Translations under genes and position numbers: made by a program
In this document: one piece after another, positions 10,774-26,350 of the stretch
How the letters are laid out: every line of letters begins with the position of its first letter
Position numbering within the stretch: position 1 is the first letter of the stretch
Assembly: GCF_009914755.1 (NCBI RefSeq)
Contig: NC_060927.1
Length of the DNA: 64,000 nt
Direction: 5' to 3' (one strand)
Origin: the human T2T-CHM13v2.0 reference genome, Homo sapiens
Notes under the pieces: model-generated
What the model was told of the DNA's origin: nothing
What the model saw: only the letters and a program-made list of their open reading frames with translations
Databases searched by the model: none

Positions 10774-13700
10774 TAAAGCTGAGCCCAGTGATGTGTTTTT
10801 ATCCTCAAATACCTGTGAGTTGGGTGAGCCTCTCCTCTTAATGTCCCAAGATGAACTTGGAGCACCTAGGTCTGTTAGAAAGTGATATTCTGTATTTACC
10901 ACAGGTCAGGAACCCTGTACAAGGACTGCATAGGCAAGAGTATGAGGCCAATTTGTTTTTCCCCAAGGGCCTTTTATTGGCTCTGCAATTTGAGCTTGAC
11001 TCCTTAAAGGGAAGCATACCCTTCCAGTCAAAGCCTTGGTAAAATAACCAGTTTCTCCAATTGTGTCCTGTTGCAAAACAAAAATGGATTCTTATTGCAC
11101 TGATGCAAAGAACTATATGGTCATAAGTTAAGAATACTCACAGATAGTTTCCAAATTCTAGAGGAACCAGGCAGAGAGAAATAAACATGCTCCAAATTTT
11201 GTTCATAGGAGTATAACTTACTTAGTTATTAAAGGCTGTAAATAGTTCAAAATATGTTTCCATGACTCTGAGAACAAAACAAGGATCAGCAATATTCCAA
11301 GAAAAAGTTAGAAAGATTATTTCAGTTTTCTGAGTTCAATACATTTAGTTTTTGTTTTGCTTGATATTCATGAACATATCAGCTCTTCTTGAGTCCTGTA
11401 CATTTTTCCTTTATTCTAATGTTACAATCTCCAAAGTTATCAGAAACTTGTATTTGAGAACACCTGTCAAAGTTCTGTAGCTTATCATAAACCATCCTTT
11501 AAAAAGGATTAAAACAAGGAATAAAATGTCTGTGAATAGCAAAATGTCCAGGGTAGACACAGTTAGAAACACAATTGATAAAGAAGTTTGGTTATCTCCG
11601 TGGTTTTCAATAACTTAACAACCTAAACTATGATTGATAGCACATTATTAGACATTAGAATTTTTTAAATGCTATACAATTTTGAAACACATATTAGTAT
11701 TATTCACCAAAATATAACCTAAAGAGGATTGAACACCATTTTGGCAATCCCATGTACCTAAACATGTCAACTAATACTGTTTACCTCTCTTTTCTGGACA
11801 ATCCAGGGGCTCTTCTGGAGCCTCTGAAAATCCAGGTGTCAAGAAAGAAAATTTTGAAACTGAAGATTGATTTGGGGAAGCCTGTTACATATGTTAGAGG
11901 ATTAAAACACTTGATGTTATGAAATAGAATTCCACAGTGCCATAAATTATTTATTTTGCCAAATGATGATTCAGAATTTCAAAGAAGCAAAAATCTTTAC
12001 TCATTAAGAGAGAAGACTTAGCTTTCCAAACAATTCATCTCCTATCTTCTCTTCCTTTGCCTTGGCAGTCTATTCTTAAGGCAAATGAAAATCTTTCACT
12101 ATCCTTTACTATTACATGAAAATCTTGTATAAAGGAGAGAAATCCAAAATTTCACCCTTACTACTATTGTCAAACCCAATTGTTAAATGAAACCTTATAG
12201 ACAATTCTATGTAACCTTAACCAATTTGACCATGAGGCAAGATTCTTATAAACCTTTTATAACCCTTTACAAATTTTGCTAAAGAGCAGATTAGTGCCGT
12301 AAGAAAACCTTGTCGTGTTTTTATTTCAATACTCAATTTACAAAAAAACTATGTAATAACCTTTTGATTTCCACTCAATGTTCACACACAGAATTTCTTT
12401 TGCAAGCTTAATTTTTAGAAACCTTTCACCACTTGTTTGAACCTTCAGCTTTATCTTATCTAATTTAAAACAATTTAAAACCCTAGGCAAATATTTACAT
12501 TTCCATGCCTTCTTATAACCTTTTACTAAAAAATACATTTTACTGTTCTCACAGACCTCGCATGTAAATCTATTTCCAGTAGTTTCAATTACATGTTATA
12601 ACGGTAAATTTTAGCAATTTTTAACTTTAATGTAAAACCTGGTAAGTTGTTTTAATTGAGTGTTAAATGCAGCAAGGTTTGACTCCTTCCAGCATAATTA
12701 AGGGTGTAATTAGTTCCATATGGTCCCCAGGCCTTATCAATTGTGGGACAGGCAAGTTAAATAGTTCTCAAAACTTAAAAGGCAGAATATAACTTTAACA
12801 CACTTGCCAAACCTTGCATCTGACCTGCATAATTTAGTCCACTTATTTACATTTTGATGGTATCTGCATTTTACCAATAATTTTTAAGGCTGTTTTTATA
12901 TCTCAAAGATTAAAGTCATGTGAACTGAAAGGTACCACAACTTTTGTCTTCCTTTTAAAATATATTTGATCCAAGTGCTTATCTCCCATTAGGCCAAATT
13001 AATTAGAGCTCTTTTTACAGACATCATACACATAACACATATATACATACACAGACGGGAAAACCCAGTCCCTAGGTGGAGGCCGTTAAGAGACAGGGCT
13101 AGGAAAACATGCAGATATTAAATGAGAAAGGACTCATTCCCTAAGGCAGAATTGCTAAACAAAGCCTTGCCACGGGGTCACAGGCCACACCACTGAGAGG
13201 TAAAACAAGACGGAGGCCTGCAATGAAGTCTGCTACAAACCATACAGATATGCAAAGCACATAAGATTGGCTACAGCTTAAGACCAGCCCTGTAAATGCT
13301 TTTTCACAATTAAAAATTTACAGAGAATATAAACAGTAATCCTTATCATTCCTAGCCTAGTATAACTTCTTCCAAAAGGAACAAAAACGTTTAAAAGTTA
13401 ACTGCTGATGGGGTGGAGATGAAAAAAGGATGCCTGGGGTAAAAACCTCTTATGCAACTAGTTCCTCCACCAGAGAGAAAAGCTTAATTGCTGTGGGACA
13501 GAGCAGGCCTCCCTGGCTGGGGGATGGGGAAACTCCACGGGTATGTGGCAGGGAATGCCAGCCAGCTGTATGGGGTGCCTTGAGGCCAGGCAGCTGCTGT
13601 GGCTCATTCCTGCCCTGTGTGGCCATTGTACACTGTGCACACATGTGACAGACACGGCCATGCACCCCAGCCAGTAGGGAAGAAGGAGGAGGGAACAGGG

Positions 13701-13893
13701 AGCTGCCCCACCCAACCATCCCTTGCACATGCCTGTGGCTGTTGGGGTGGGTGTGAACCTCCTCCAGTATTGTAAAAGAAAAAATAAGTGTCATTACTGT
13801 CCCGAAAAAAGAAAAGAAGAATGCCTTAAGACCAAAATGCTTAGAGGCAACAGTGAGAGGTTTTGAGTCCTCATTTCATTCACCCCTTCTCAA

Positions 13894-13911
13894 TCCCCAC
13901 ATTGGGCACCA
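13894..13911 (-). other. Primer-binding site, tRNA-Lys1,2 (CUU) type
   Basis: Minus strand TGGTGCCCAATGTGGGGA versus TGGCGCCCAACGTGGGGC (two CpG transitions plus the terminal base); 4 nt after the 5' LTR. Confidence 0.8.
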
Positions 13912-13915
13912 AAGT

Positions 13916-14256
13916 TGTTGTTGGACATTCTCCTTAGTTCAGCTAAAAACAGGGTCCTTGTCACATGACGATGAAATATTAGGCTCGCAGACACTTTGAA
14001 GGTAAGAAAAATGGAATTTATTGGGCAAAAAGGAAAAAAAGCAAAACAGGGACTTTCAGGAGAGCGAGAGTCCTGCTATTATAGGCCCCCCACCTCACAG
14101 ACTGAATCCCAGGTACCATCCAGGAAGAGGAGGGGCCAGGTTCCTCACCCCTGCAAATGACATGAACTTCCTGAGGCCCTACCCCAGCGTGCACTCCTCC
14201 CAGTGTGCAGGCTGGTCGAAGGTTCTCTGGTGACCCCTTTATACTTTGCTGTCTTA
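13916..14256 (-). mobile_element. MER61 5' LTR
   Basis: Paralogous to 8388-8729; followed by TSD CAAT. Confidence 0.88.
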
Positions 14257-14961
14257 CAATTATGCAATTATTACCACTTTCTAATTTCAGAATGTTTTCT
14301 TCACCCATAGAAAACACTCCATAACCAATAGCAGTCACTCTCAGACCCTGGCAAACACTAATCTATTTATGGTCTCTATGAAATTGCATATTTTGTATAT
14401 TTTATATGAATGGAGTTATATAATATGTAGCCTCTTGTGTTTTACTTATTTTACTTAAAATAGTTTTTTCACAGTCCATCCATGTTATAGCCTGTGTCAG
14501 TACCTCAATATATTTTGTGACTGAATCATTTTATTGTATGGCTATACCACCACATTTTTAAAATCAGTTCCTCAATTGATGGACATTTGGATTGTTTCCA
14601 TGTTTTACTACTATAAATAATGCTGCTGTGAACATTTATGTATACATTTTTTTGTGTGCATATGTTTTCAATTCTCTTGGATACATACCTAAGAATGGAA
14701 TTGATGAATTGTTTGGTAACTCTATGTTTTAACTTTTGGAAGAACTGTCAAACTGTCTTCGAAGTGGGTGTACCACTTATATTTCCACCAGCAATCTGTG
14801 AGGGCCCCAATTTCTCCACATCCTCACCAACACTTCCTCTTATCTATGTTTTTAATATAGCCATCTCAAAGGGTGTGAAGAGATACTTTATTGTGGTCTT
14901 GATTTGCATTTACCAAATAATTAATGATGTTGAGCGTGTTTTCATGTGCATATCAGCAATT

Positions 14962-15042
14962 TATATATATATATATAAATAATATAAATAAAGAATATAT
15001 ATATATATATATATATAAAGAATATATATATATATATTCTTT
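14962..15042. repeat. (TA)n tract with a perfect 26-bp palindrome (15017-15042)
   Basis: AAAGAATATATATATATATATTCTTT equals its own reverse complement. Confidence 0.9.
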
Positions 15043-15914
15043 GGAGAAATGTTTATTCAAGTCCTTTGCTCATTTCTAAATTGGCTTATTAAGTTTCCCA
15101 AATTGTTGAATTACAAGGGCACTTCATGTATTCCTGATATTAGTCCCTTATCAGATGGATGACCTGCAAATATTTTCTCCCATTCTGTGGATTGTATTTT
15201 CACTCTCTTGATAGCATACTTTGCAGCACAAAGGTTTTTAATTTGGATAAAGCATAATTTATCATTGTTTTCTTTTTTTGATTATGCTTTTGGTTTCATA
15301 TCTATAAAGCCATTCCCTAATACAGCTTTATACAGCTTCACATCTAGGTTTTATTATAGAAGATAATTTTCTTATAGAAGATAATTTTAGCTTTTGCATT
15401 TAGTTCTTTGATTTATTTTCAGTTAATACATGTGAATGGTATGAGGCAGAGGGTCCAACTTCATTATTTTTCATGTGGATATTCAGTTGTTTTAGCACTA
15501 TTTTTCGAAAGACTATTCTTTCCTCTATTGAATTATCTTTCTACTCTTGTAAAAAAAAAGTAATTGGACAAAAAATTATGAATTGATTTCTGGACTCTCA
15601 ATTTTATCCCATTGATCTATATATCTATCCTTATGTCAATGCCTCACAGTCTTGGTTGTTTAATTTTATAGTAAGTTTTAAAATTGCAAGGTGTGAGCCA
15701 TCCAACTTGGTTTGTATTTTTAAAGATTGTGTTGGCTATTCTGGATCCCTTGCATTTCCATGTGAATTTTAGAACAGTTGGTTGATATTAGCAAAAAAGC
15801 AAATGTGATTTTCATAGAAATATTTATTTTTATAAGGAATTCTAATTATATATTTCTTCTTCTATTCCTGGTTTTTGTGACTTCACTCTCCTCCCTCTTT
15901 TATTTGTTCAGTCT

Positions 15915-16137
15915 CAGGGGTATCCAATCTTTTGGTTTCCCTGGACCACATTGGAAGAATTGTCTTGGGCCATACATAAAATACATTAACACTAACAAGA
16001 GCTGATGAGCTTAAAAAAAAATGACACACACAAAAAAATCTCATAGTGTTTTAAGAAAGTTTACCAATTGGTGTTGGGTCACATCAAAGCCATCATAGGC
16101 CACATGTGGCCTGTGGGCCATGTGTTGGACAAGCTTG
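15915..16137 (+). mobile_element. MER30 (hAT-Charlie)
   Basis: CAGGGGTATCCAATCTTTTGG...TTGGACAAGCTTG termini. Confidence 0.88.
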
Positions 16138-17832
16138 GTCTAAATAAATGTTTATCAAATTTGTTGATTTACAAAAGAACTGGGTTTTATTAATTTACTA
16201 TTTCTCTATTCTCTCTTTTTAAAAACTTTCTACTTGTTTTGGGTATAGTTTGTTCTTTTCTAATTTTTAATGTGGAAGATCAGGTTACTGATTGGAGATC
16301 ACGTTTTCATGAGATAGGCTCATACGTCTATAAATTTCTAAGCATTTCTTTTGCCACATTCCATATGTTTGATATGTTTCATTTTCATTTTTATTCAGTT
16401 CAAAGTATTTTCTAATTTATCTTGTGATTTCACCCATTAGCTACATAGGAAAGTGTTTAATGTCCACACATTTTTGAATTATCAAGATATTTTCCTGTTA
16501 ATGATTTCAGATTTTATTTCATTGTGGTCAGCAAACATACTTTGTGTGATTACAAAGTATGTTTCATTGTATTAAGATTTGTATTATGGCCTAATATATA
16601 CTTTATTCTGAAAATGATTTCATGTGCACTCGAGAAAAATGTGTATTATTCTGTTGTCAGAATGTTTTATATGTATTTGTTAGGTTTCATTGATCTACAG
16701 TGTTGTCCAAGTATTCTATTTCCTTGATAATTTTCCTTCTTATTTGTTTTGCCATTATCTAAAGTAAGGTATTGAGTCTTCAACTGTTATTGTTCACTTT
16801 CTCTTTTTTCCTTTAATTCTGTCAGCTTTCCTTCCTGTATTTGGGGACTCTAATTTTAAGTGCACATATGTTTATAGTTGTGATGTCTTCATAATGGATT
16901 ATCCTGTTTATTATTATAAAAAGTCCTTCTTTGTCTCTAAGTTAATTTCAACTTAGATCTATTTTGTTTGATGCTACTATAGGCACTCCATTTCTCTTTC
17001 AGTTACCATTTATACGGCACATCTCTTTTCATTCTTGAACTTTTAACTTATATGTGTCTTTGAACCTAAAGTGGGTCTCTTGCAGATAAAATATAGTTGT
17101 ATTATGTTACTAAAAAATTCATTCTATTAATCTCTGCTTTTTTATTGAAATGCCTAATCCATTCATAGATAATGCAATTACTGATAAGGTAAGATTTACA
17201 TCTCACATTGTGCTATTTGTTTTCTATACGTCTTTTGTCTTTTCTTCCCTCTTTTCCTACACTATTGCCTTCCTTTGTGTTAAGTAGATATTTTCTAACA
17301 TGCCATTTTAATGCCCTTGTCATTTCTTTTAGACATTTATTTAGTTATTTTTTCTTAGTGATTGCCATGGGTATTACAATTAACATCTCAGTTTATAACA
17401 ATCTAGTTTGTATTAATAACCAACTTAAATTCAAAACTGCAAAAAACTTTGCTTCTATATAGCTCAGTTCCTTCCTTATTCCCTTGCACTCTTATTCTCA
17501 TATAAATTAAACCATACATTGCATAACCATTAACACAGTTTTATAATCAATGTTTTATGAAATTGCCTTTAAATCAGATAGAAGGGAGAAAAGAAGTTAC
17601 TTGCAAAAATATATTTATACATTTATATTTACCTAAGTGGTTACCTTTACTAGAGCTCTTCTTTATGTGGATTTGAGCTACTTTCTAGTGTTTTTTCATT
17701 TTATCCTGAAAACTTCCTTTAGTATGCTTGTAGAGTGAATATGCTAGCAACAAATTTTCTCTTATTTTTCTGAGAATATCTTAATCGCTTCCTTATTTTT
17801 GAAGGAATGTTTTGCTAGATATAGAATTATCA

Positions 17833-18203
<371 letters not shown>

Positions 18204-19166
18204 CTACTGCGTTTTGTTCTCCATGGTTTCTGATGTGAAATAAGTTGCTAATCTTAATGCAGATAATTGTATATGATGTCACCTCTCTCTTTGTCTTTGT
18301 TTGATTTTCATGTATGCAGATATGGATTTCCTTGAGTTTATCCTACTTGGATTTGTTGACTTCCTGGAAGGGTAGGTAAATTTTTTTTTTTTTTTGTCAA
18401 ATTTGGCAAGTTTTTTACCACTATTCTAAAAAGTATTTTCCCCCTTTCTGTCTTTCTTCTCTTTCTTGAGCTCACATTATCCATATGTTGGTACGTTTGA
18501 AAGTGTCCCATAGGTCTCTGAGGCTCTTGTCATTTTTCTTCTTTTTGATTTTCCTATTCCTCATCCTGGATAACCTCAGTTGACCTTTTTTCTTTGTCCT
18601 GCTTAAAAAAATCCACTGTTGAAATGCTCTGGTGAATTTTTCATTTCCATTATCATACTTTTAGGTATAGACTTTCTATTTTATTCTCTTTAAATGTAAT
18701 TTCTATCTCTTATTAATATTCTGTATTTGGTGAGCCATTATTCTCATAACTTTCTTTAGTTTTTTAGATATAGCTTATTTTAGTTCTTTTAACATTTTGA
18801 AACAGTTGACTTGAAGTCTTTTCTAGTAAGTATAACATTTGGTCTTCCCCCAGGACCATGCTGCATTTTAGATGTTTCTTATTTCTTTGCATATCTAGTA
18901 ATTTTTTTTGAAGGTTGAACATTTGAAGTAATGTAATGTGGGAGCTCTGGAAATCAGATTCTTCCCCTTTCCGAGATATTATTGTTGTTGCTGGCTGTTT
19001 GTTTAGTGACTTTTTAAAACGAATTCTATAAAGTCTGTGTTCTCTGTTGTGTGTGGCCACAAAGTCTCTGCTCAGTTAGCTTGGTGGTCTGCTAATGTTT
19101 GGACAAACATTTCCTTAAATGCCTGAAACCAGTATATCTCTTGCTGTTTGCTGTGGAGCTTTACAT

Positions 19167-19169
<3 letters not shown>

Positions 19170-19209
<40 letters not shown>
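19170..19209. repeat. (TG)20 microsatellite
   Basis: Direct reading. Confidence 0.97.
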
Positions 19210-19210
<1 letters not shown>

Positions 19211-20804
19211 CTTCAACACTCAGTCAGGCAGTTTACAACTCTGCCTAAGCCTTTAGTTTCTATTTGCACAGAGTCTCATGTCTTTCCAAGCTAAAATCTC
19301 AGGGCCTTCTCAGGTCCTTTCTGAGGTTGTACACAACTCCGGGCATGTGCATAGTAGCCCTACACATATATGTAACAATCTAGATTCTCAGGATTATATT
19401 GACATTTTTAAAAACCCCTATGAACATCTCATTCCCCAGCTTTTCCTTTTAAATTATTTTAAGTAGCCTATTATTTTCCCTATATGTTGTCTACTGCCTC
19501 AGGCAGCTGCAATGTTAAACATTTGCTGCTAATTGTTTTTGAAAAACCTACCCAAGGAAAAAAGTGTTTGTATTTGATGTTTTCCACATCAGGCAAAGAC
19601 AATCCTTGCAAGTGAGTTCTTCTAGGGAACCACCAGACAGTTCAAATAATGACAATTCTTTGGGGAGGATGCTTTGAAGCAGTTCAGTTCCAATTATGCC
19701 TTCTCTAGTGGCTGCCAGGGTGCTGATTTTAACATAACTGGGGGCTGTTGTTTTGCAAGGTTATCATGAATCTTGGGAAAAGCTAAGAGCAGAACAAGTT
19801 GAAATGTGACAAAGGTTGCTTTTGTCAAGATATTCAGCCATTTTCCTCAATAAAGGCCCTTTAAATTGCTTTAAGACTTTAGTTAATTCATGTGGTTACA
19901 AAAAAAGTTAATTTTGCCAGAATTTTCATTACTTTTATAAAGGAGATTACTTTTGGACGTTTTTACCCTGCCTTTCATCTCATATGTCCCCTTTTACTTT
20001 TAGTCAATAAAAGCACTGCTTTATTTAGATTTAATGTAAATTCTACACTTCTCCAAAAATCCACAGAAAAACATTCTTTGCTTAGCAAGGATTTGCAGCT
20101 CTTGATTTCTCTCTTGTTTGAAAAAGAAATAAATTAAGCTTTTGTGTTTCAAATTTGAGTGGATTGTAATGTCCATTAGCTGGTATTACTATAACTGTCA
20201 CACCACTACCACCACTAATTGTGTCATGATTATTGATTTCCTGCAGATTAAATGAATTTATCGATGGAGTATAGAGCCTGGATCCAACTTTCTCAAGCAA
20301 TGAGATAGAATTTATTTTCTGGTAAAATGTATCATTAGAGGTAAGAGGTCAGATTATATTAATCTAATGATGATAATAATTATAATAATAATAAATAAGT
20401 TCCACTTGTCTGTGAGAGGCCCACCATGGAGAGTCGATACCTACAGAGACATTCTGACAAGTAGAATACATTCTTGTATCAAGAGCAAAACTAGATTAAG
20501 TTAGGGGTTGGTGAACATTAGGAAGGGTTCTGAAGCAGAAATCAAAGTATAATCTAAATCCCTGGACAGCTCTTAGAATTGAGCTTTAACACAGTGCTGC
20601 CAAACTATTTAAATAGAACTGCATCCTGTTACCATTTTTGTAAAATAAAAATGGTCAAATATTGGCAATTGTATATGGTTTACATTCACATATTTAGACC
20701 AACCCTAAATCTAGAAAACACTCCTCAACAAATAAAAATAAACAGGGGTGGTGTGGGTGAAGATTTTGATCAAATATTTTTGGCAAGTACTTGTAAATTT
20801 AGCT

Positions 20805-20935
20805 TCCATATTAGCATATTAAAGTCCCTGAGAAGTTATGAAATAAATAAAGTAACCCATATATCCCAATGTCTTTGATTTTGGAACTATTTTTCCCCCA
20901 CAGAAAACCTTAAGGACACTTTGGGAAATACTGCT
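20805..20935. mobile_element. Probable ancient hAT-Charlie remnant
   Basis: ttagcatattaaagtccctgagaagt ... acactttgggaaatactgc end motif; family not resolved. Confidence 0.4.
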
Positions 20936-21789
20936 TTATGGAATTCACATATGTCAACAAGAACAGTTGTAGGTGACATAATGTCATTTAGGAATAACAG
21001 AGTGTTTTTATATTGAAAAATATAGCCTTGGGGTCTCCGGTTGTTTCAACACAGCATCTGCAGATATATTTCCCAAGATAATCAGAGGAGCTATGCTTGG
21101 ATTATAAATGAGTTGTCCTCATGAGCAAGATATCTTGAGAAACATAAAATCCACTCTCATAAATGTAATATGACAGCCTGAGAGCAATAAATCCTTCCAT
21201 TTTTCAGCTGAAATATCCTTTAATTCTCATCCACACATATTCTCAAGTGACTAGAGCACATGAGTAGGTGTGACAGTTTTCTTTCCTCATATTTACTGTA
21301 TTTACTTTCTGAGTTACTGCCTGAGTAACTGATATTATTTGCATATGATCTGGTGCGTAAAATGTTAATCAAAAAGCACTCAACAATATGGAAACCTTGA
21401 AAAACTGGAAAGTTTGTGCATAAAGCCCTTGGATAAAGGGGAAGAAACTGAAATGTGATTTTATTAGAAGAACAGCCACCACTTTGCAGAGAACGGACTA
21501 AGGTTGCCTCACTACACCCCTGGGAGAAACAAGATTTTGTTTTAAACAGGGTTCTTTCACAATATTTGAACACATTAGTGAGCTATTGCTAGACTTGATT
21601 TTCCTCATCTGTAAGATAAGGGGGAACATATTAAACTCCTCCGGGTGCTCCCACTGAACTTCTTCCTGGCCTCATACATTTTACTGTCTCTATTATCAGA
21701 TCTATTGATGTGCTTATCCCTCTCTCTAGGGCTTAAGTTTTAAAAAAGTGATTAACTAACTTTGATTTATCTTTGTTTTCCACTTAGCA

Positions 21790-22012
21790 ATTCATGGTGG
21801 TTAAGGGTACAGTTCTGGAATTAGACTGCCTGAGATAGTTTTGATTCTATCCTACACTGGGTGTATGACCTTGGGTTTATTGATTAACTTCTTACTTCAA
21901 TTCCCTCATACATCATATTGGGATTATAATCATACCTACAATGTGATTGTTCAATCCATGCATGTACTTAAGACAGTGAGTGACCCATGTTCAACTATCA
22001 ATAAATGCTAAC
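21790..22012 (+). mobile_element. MIR
   Basis: catggtggttaag..tctggaattagactgcctg..tgaccttggg..ttaact..caataaatgcta. Confidence 0.75.
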
Positions 22013-22624
22013 TCTTTCATACTTTTAGTACTCAGGCACTATTTATTAATTCCATAAATGAGTGGGTGATAATAACAGGCTGATGCTCCTTCTTCATCAT
22101 TTCTTTTTTTTTTTTTTTTTAGTTAACTCTTTTAATTTCTCCCCCGCTCCTTCTGAATATCAGAAATAATATTGTTTCATCCTAGCAGTCTCAAAAAGAC
22201 ATCTTGGAACATCAGCATATCTTCTTATACTCAAATTTTCTTTTACATTTTTTATTTTATTTTCCACCCCCTGAGAATGGGACTTTTTTCACATTTTGCT
22301 ATACATAAGATCTTTGATGAAGAGTACAACTATGTACTTAAAACCTTGAATTATATTTCTGCTAAATTTGGGGAAGGAATTTCTCTGAATAAATGAAATT
22401 TATGTTTCCACTAATTATCTGTCTAGCATACTAGCTGGGAGACTCTCAACTTTCAGACCAAGAGCATTTAGGAGAGAAAGTGAGCTCTCTCAAGGTGTTT
22501 CCTCTCACTGACTTCATCCTAGTCCAGCCTTCTGTAGATTTCCTGTGACATTTTAGCTTCTATAATTCTCAATTTTTATGGAAGGCTAACCATGGATTGG
22601 CGATATAACCCAAGGTTTGCTCTA

Positions 22625-22953
22625 GAACTGTGTTGTCAATATGGCAGCCACCAGCCACATGTTGTTACTGAGCAGTTGAAGCATGGCACATGCAAAATGA
22701 CATGAGCACCAAGTGCTGAGATATGCACCAGTTTTTGAAGACTTTGTATACCCCCAAAAAGTAAAATTGTCATTAATAATTTTTTGAATTGACCACATGT
22801 TGAAATAATATTTTGAATATGTTGGGTAAAATAAAATATATTATTAAAATTAATTTCAACAGTAGTTTGCTTTTTTATATGTGGCCACTAGAAAATTTAA
22901 ACCACATAGGTGGTTCACATTTGTGGTTTGTTTCAAATTTTTATTACAGAGCA
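22625..22953. mobile_element. MER33 (hAT-Charlie)
   Basis: aatatggcagccaccagccacatg..aaaatatattattaaaattaatttca..gtggccactagaaaattta. Confidence 0.75.
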
Positions 22954-23145
22954 ATGAAAATATGCTATAGTTCATAATTTAAATCTAGAATAGTCTCTGG
23001 AACAAGTCCTGTCTTAAATTCTTTACATGTGTTTTTTCATTGAATAAAGAAGTTCGGTGAGGAATTATTATTGTTATTTGAGATTTAATAAAATTGTGAA
23101 ATTCTGGAGGTGAAAAAACTTTATCAAGTGCAAGTAGAACATTAA

Positions 23146-23273
23146 TTTTTTTTCTTTTTTTTATTATACTTTAAGTTCTATGGTACATGTGCACAACGTG
23201 CAGGTTTGTTACATATGTATACATGTGCCATGTTGGTGTGCTGCACCCATTAACTCGTCATTTACATTAGGTA
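23146..23273 (-). mobile_element. Severely 5'-truncated L1PA (3'-terminal ~125 bp; PA4/5-like)
   Basis: poly(T) then ttattatactttaagttct..catgtgcacaacgtgcagg..catttacattaggta. Confidence 0.9.
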
Positions 23274-23356
23274 AATTTTAGTTTTTTTCTGACTCTGAAT
23301 TCAAGTTCTCTTTGTGGCACTAGACTACATTCTAGTGGCAAACTGACCCAATATTA

Positions 23357-23599
<243 letters not shown>

Positions 23600-23602
23600 T
23601 TA

Positions 23603-24015
23603 TCCCAGGCTGGATTCTACAGAAGCAGATGCTGAGGTGGAGTTTGGGGTAGAGATATTTATTAGAGATCTACATCTGTGGAAGAAAGAGAAAGAAATTG
23701 GGATTGAGCAGAGGAAGAAGTCAAACCATGATGTTGGCCTAACGAAGGCTCAACCAGCCCTGCAGGAAGCTCCAGCGCAAGTTTTGCCTGTCAGAGTAAT
23801 CTCTCATTGGGCCAAACCAGCCAGGCCTTATACCCTTGACTCACTCAGTCACTGGATGTGTACTGCTCTGGGAAGGACTTGAACTAGGATAGGGTGGCTC
23901 TCCACAGCTGAGATGGCACTGAAGGAGACCGCAGCTGGAAGCCATCTACTGACTGCACACCCTGCAGCTCTACATCCCATAAATCCTTGAAGGAGGATCT
24001 GGGTTGTGCATCCCT
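23603..24015 (-). mobile_element. LTR33/LTR16-group ERVL LTR
   Basis: gaagcagatgctgaggtggagttt..tttattag..ggattgagcagaggaagaagtcaaac motif series. Confidence 0.6.
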
Positions 24016-25295
24016 AAGTGGAAAGGTATTTTAAAAAATTTTCTTGTCGTTTTTCTTCATTCCCTTTTTATTCTTCTGAATACTTCAAGGAGAAATGTCT
24101 TTTTTTTTTTCTCCCCACAGGGAAATAGTAGGCTTCAGACCCTGGGACTTGGCAGGCAGTGGAATCTAGCTATAATTTAATAATATTATTTATGTAATAG
24201 CATTTATTTTTCTACTTATATTCTATTTATAAAAATATGTATTTGTTTTCTATGTATGATTATATAAAGTTTCCTTTAAAAACATATTTATTAAAAGAAG
24301 CAATTACAGCCATACCTCGGAGATATTGCAGGCCCAGTTCCAGCAAAAGCCAAGGCAGCAAATATTGCAATAAAGACTCACAAAGTTTTTTGGTTTCTCA
24401 GTGCATACAAAAGTTATGTTTACACTATATTGTAGTTTATTAAATATGCAGTAGCATTGTCTAAAAAAACTGCATACATATTCAATGATCTTGAAGCAAA
24501 AAATTAAAGATCAACAACATACACATCGATTTAAAATACTTATTGTTAAAAAAAAGCTAATGAACATCTGAACCTTCAATGAGCCATAATCTTTTTGCTG
24601 GTGAAGGGTCTTGACTTTATGTTCAAGGTTGCTGACTGATCAAGGTAGTGGTTGCTGATCAAGATGGCTGTAGAAATTCTTAAAATAAGACAACGACTTG
24701 CCTCATTGATTGACACTTCATTTAACAAAAGATTTCTGAGTAGTATGCAATGCCATTTGATAATATTTTGCCCACAGTAGAACTTCTTTTCAAACTGGAG
24801 TGAATCCTCCCAAACCTTGCCACTGCCTTATTAGCTAGGTTGATGCAATATTGTAAATCTTTTGTTGTCCTTTCAACAATATTTATAACATCTTCACCAG
24901 GAGTAAATTCCATCTCAAAAACCACTTTCTTCGTTGATCCATAAGAAGCAACTCCTCATTTTTTCCAAGTTTTAACATGAGATTAAAACAATTCAGTTAC
25001 ATCTTCAGGCTCTGCTTTTAATTCTAGCTCTCTCGCTATTTTCACATCTGCAGTTACTCCCTCCACTGAAGCCATGAACTCCTCAAAGTCATCCATGAGG
25101 GTTGAAATTAACTTTTTCCAAACTCCTGTTCATGTCAATATTTTGACTTCCTCTCATGAATCACAAATGTTCTTAATAACATTAAGAATGATAAATCCTT
25201 TCCAGAAGGTTTTCAATTTACTTTGTCCAAATCTATCAGAGGAATTACTATCCATGTAGCTTTATGAAATGTATTTCTTAAAAGATAAGACTTAG

Positions 25296-25619
<324 letters not shown>

Positions 25620-26012
25620 TTATTCTATGGGCTGTCAAATAGTTACTGTGTTAGCAGACATGAAAACAATATTTATCCCGTTGTACATCTCCATCCAAGT
25701 TCTTGGGTGACTAGGTTTATCAATAGGTTATCATTGCATTATCAATGAACAGCAATATTTTGAAAGAAATCTCTTTTCCTAAGCAGTAGATTTCAACCAT
25801 AGGCTTGAAATATTTAGTACACCGTGTTATAAATAGAGGTGCTATCATCTAGGCTTTGTTGTTTCATTTCTAGAGCACAGGCAGAGTAGATTTAGCATAA
25901 TTCTTGAGAGGCCTAGGATTTTCAGAATGTTAGATAAGCGCTGGTTTCAACTTAAAGTCACCAGCTGCATCGGCCCCTAACAAGAGAGTCAGCCTGTCCT
26001 TTGAAGCTTTGA

Positions 26013-26350
<338 letters not shown>

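Noticed and set aside
13916-14256. p53 response element, known in some MER61 subfamilies
   Set aside because: I found no paired RRRCWWGYYY half-sites in either LTR.
24098-24160. Polypyrimidine tract plus CAG acceptor at 24120
   Set aside because: No convincing downstream GT donor or coding frame; T-runs give such sites by chance.
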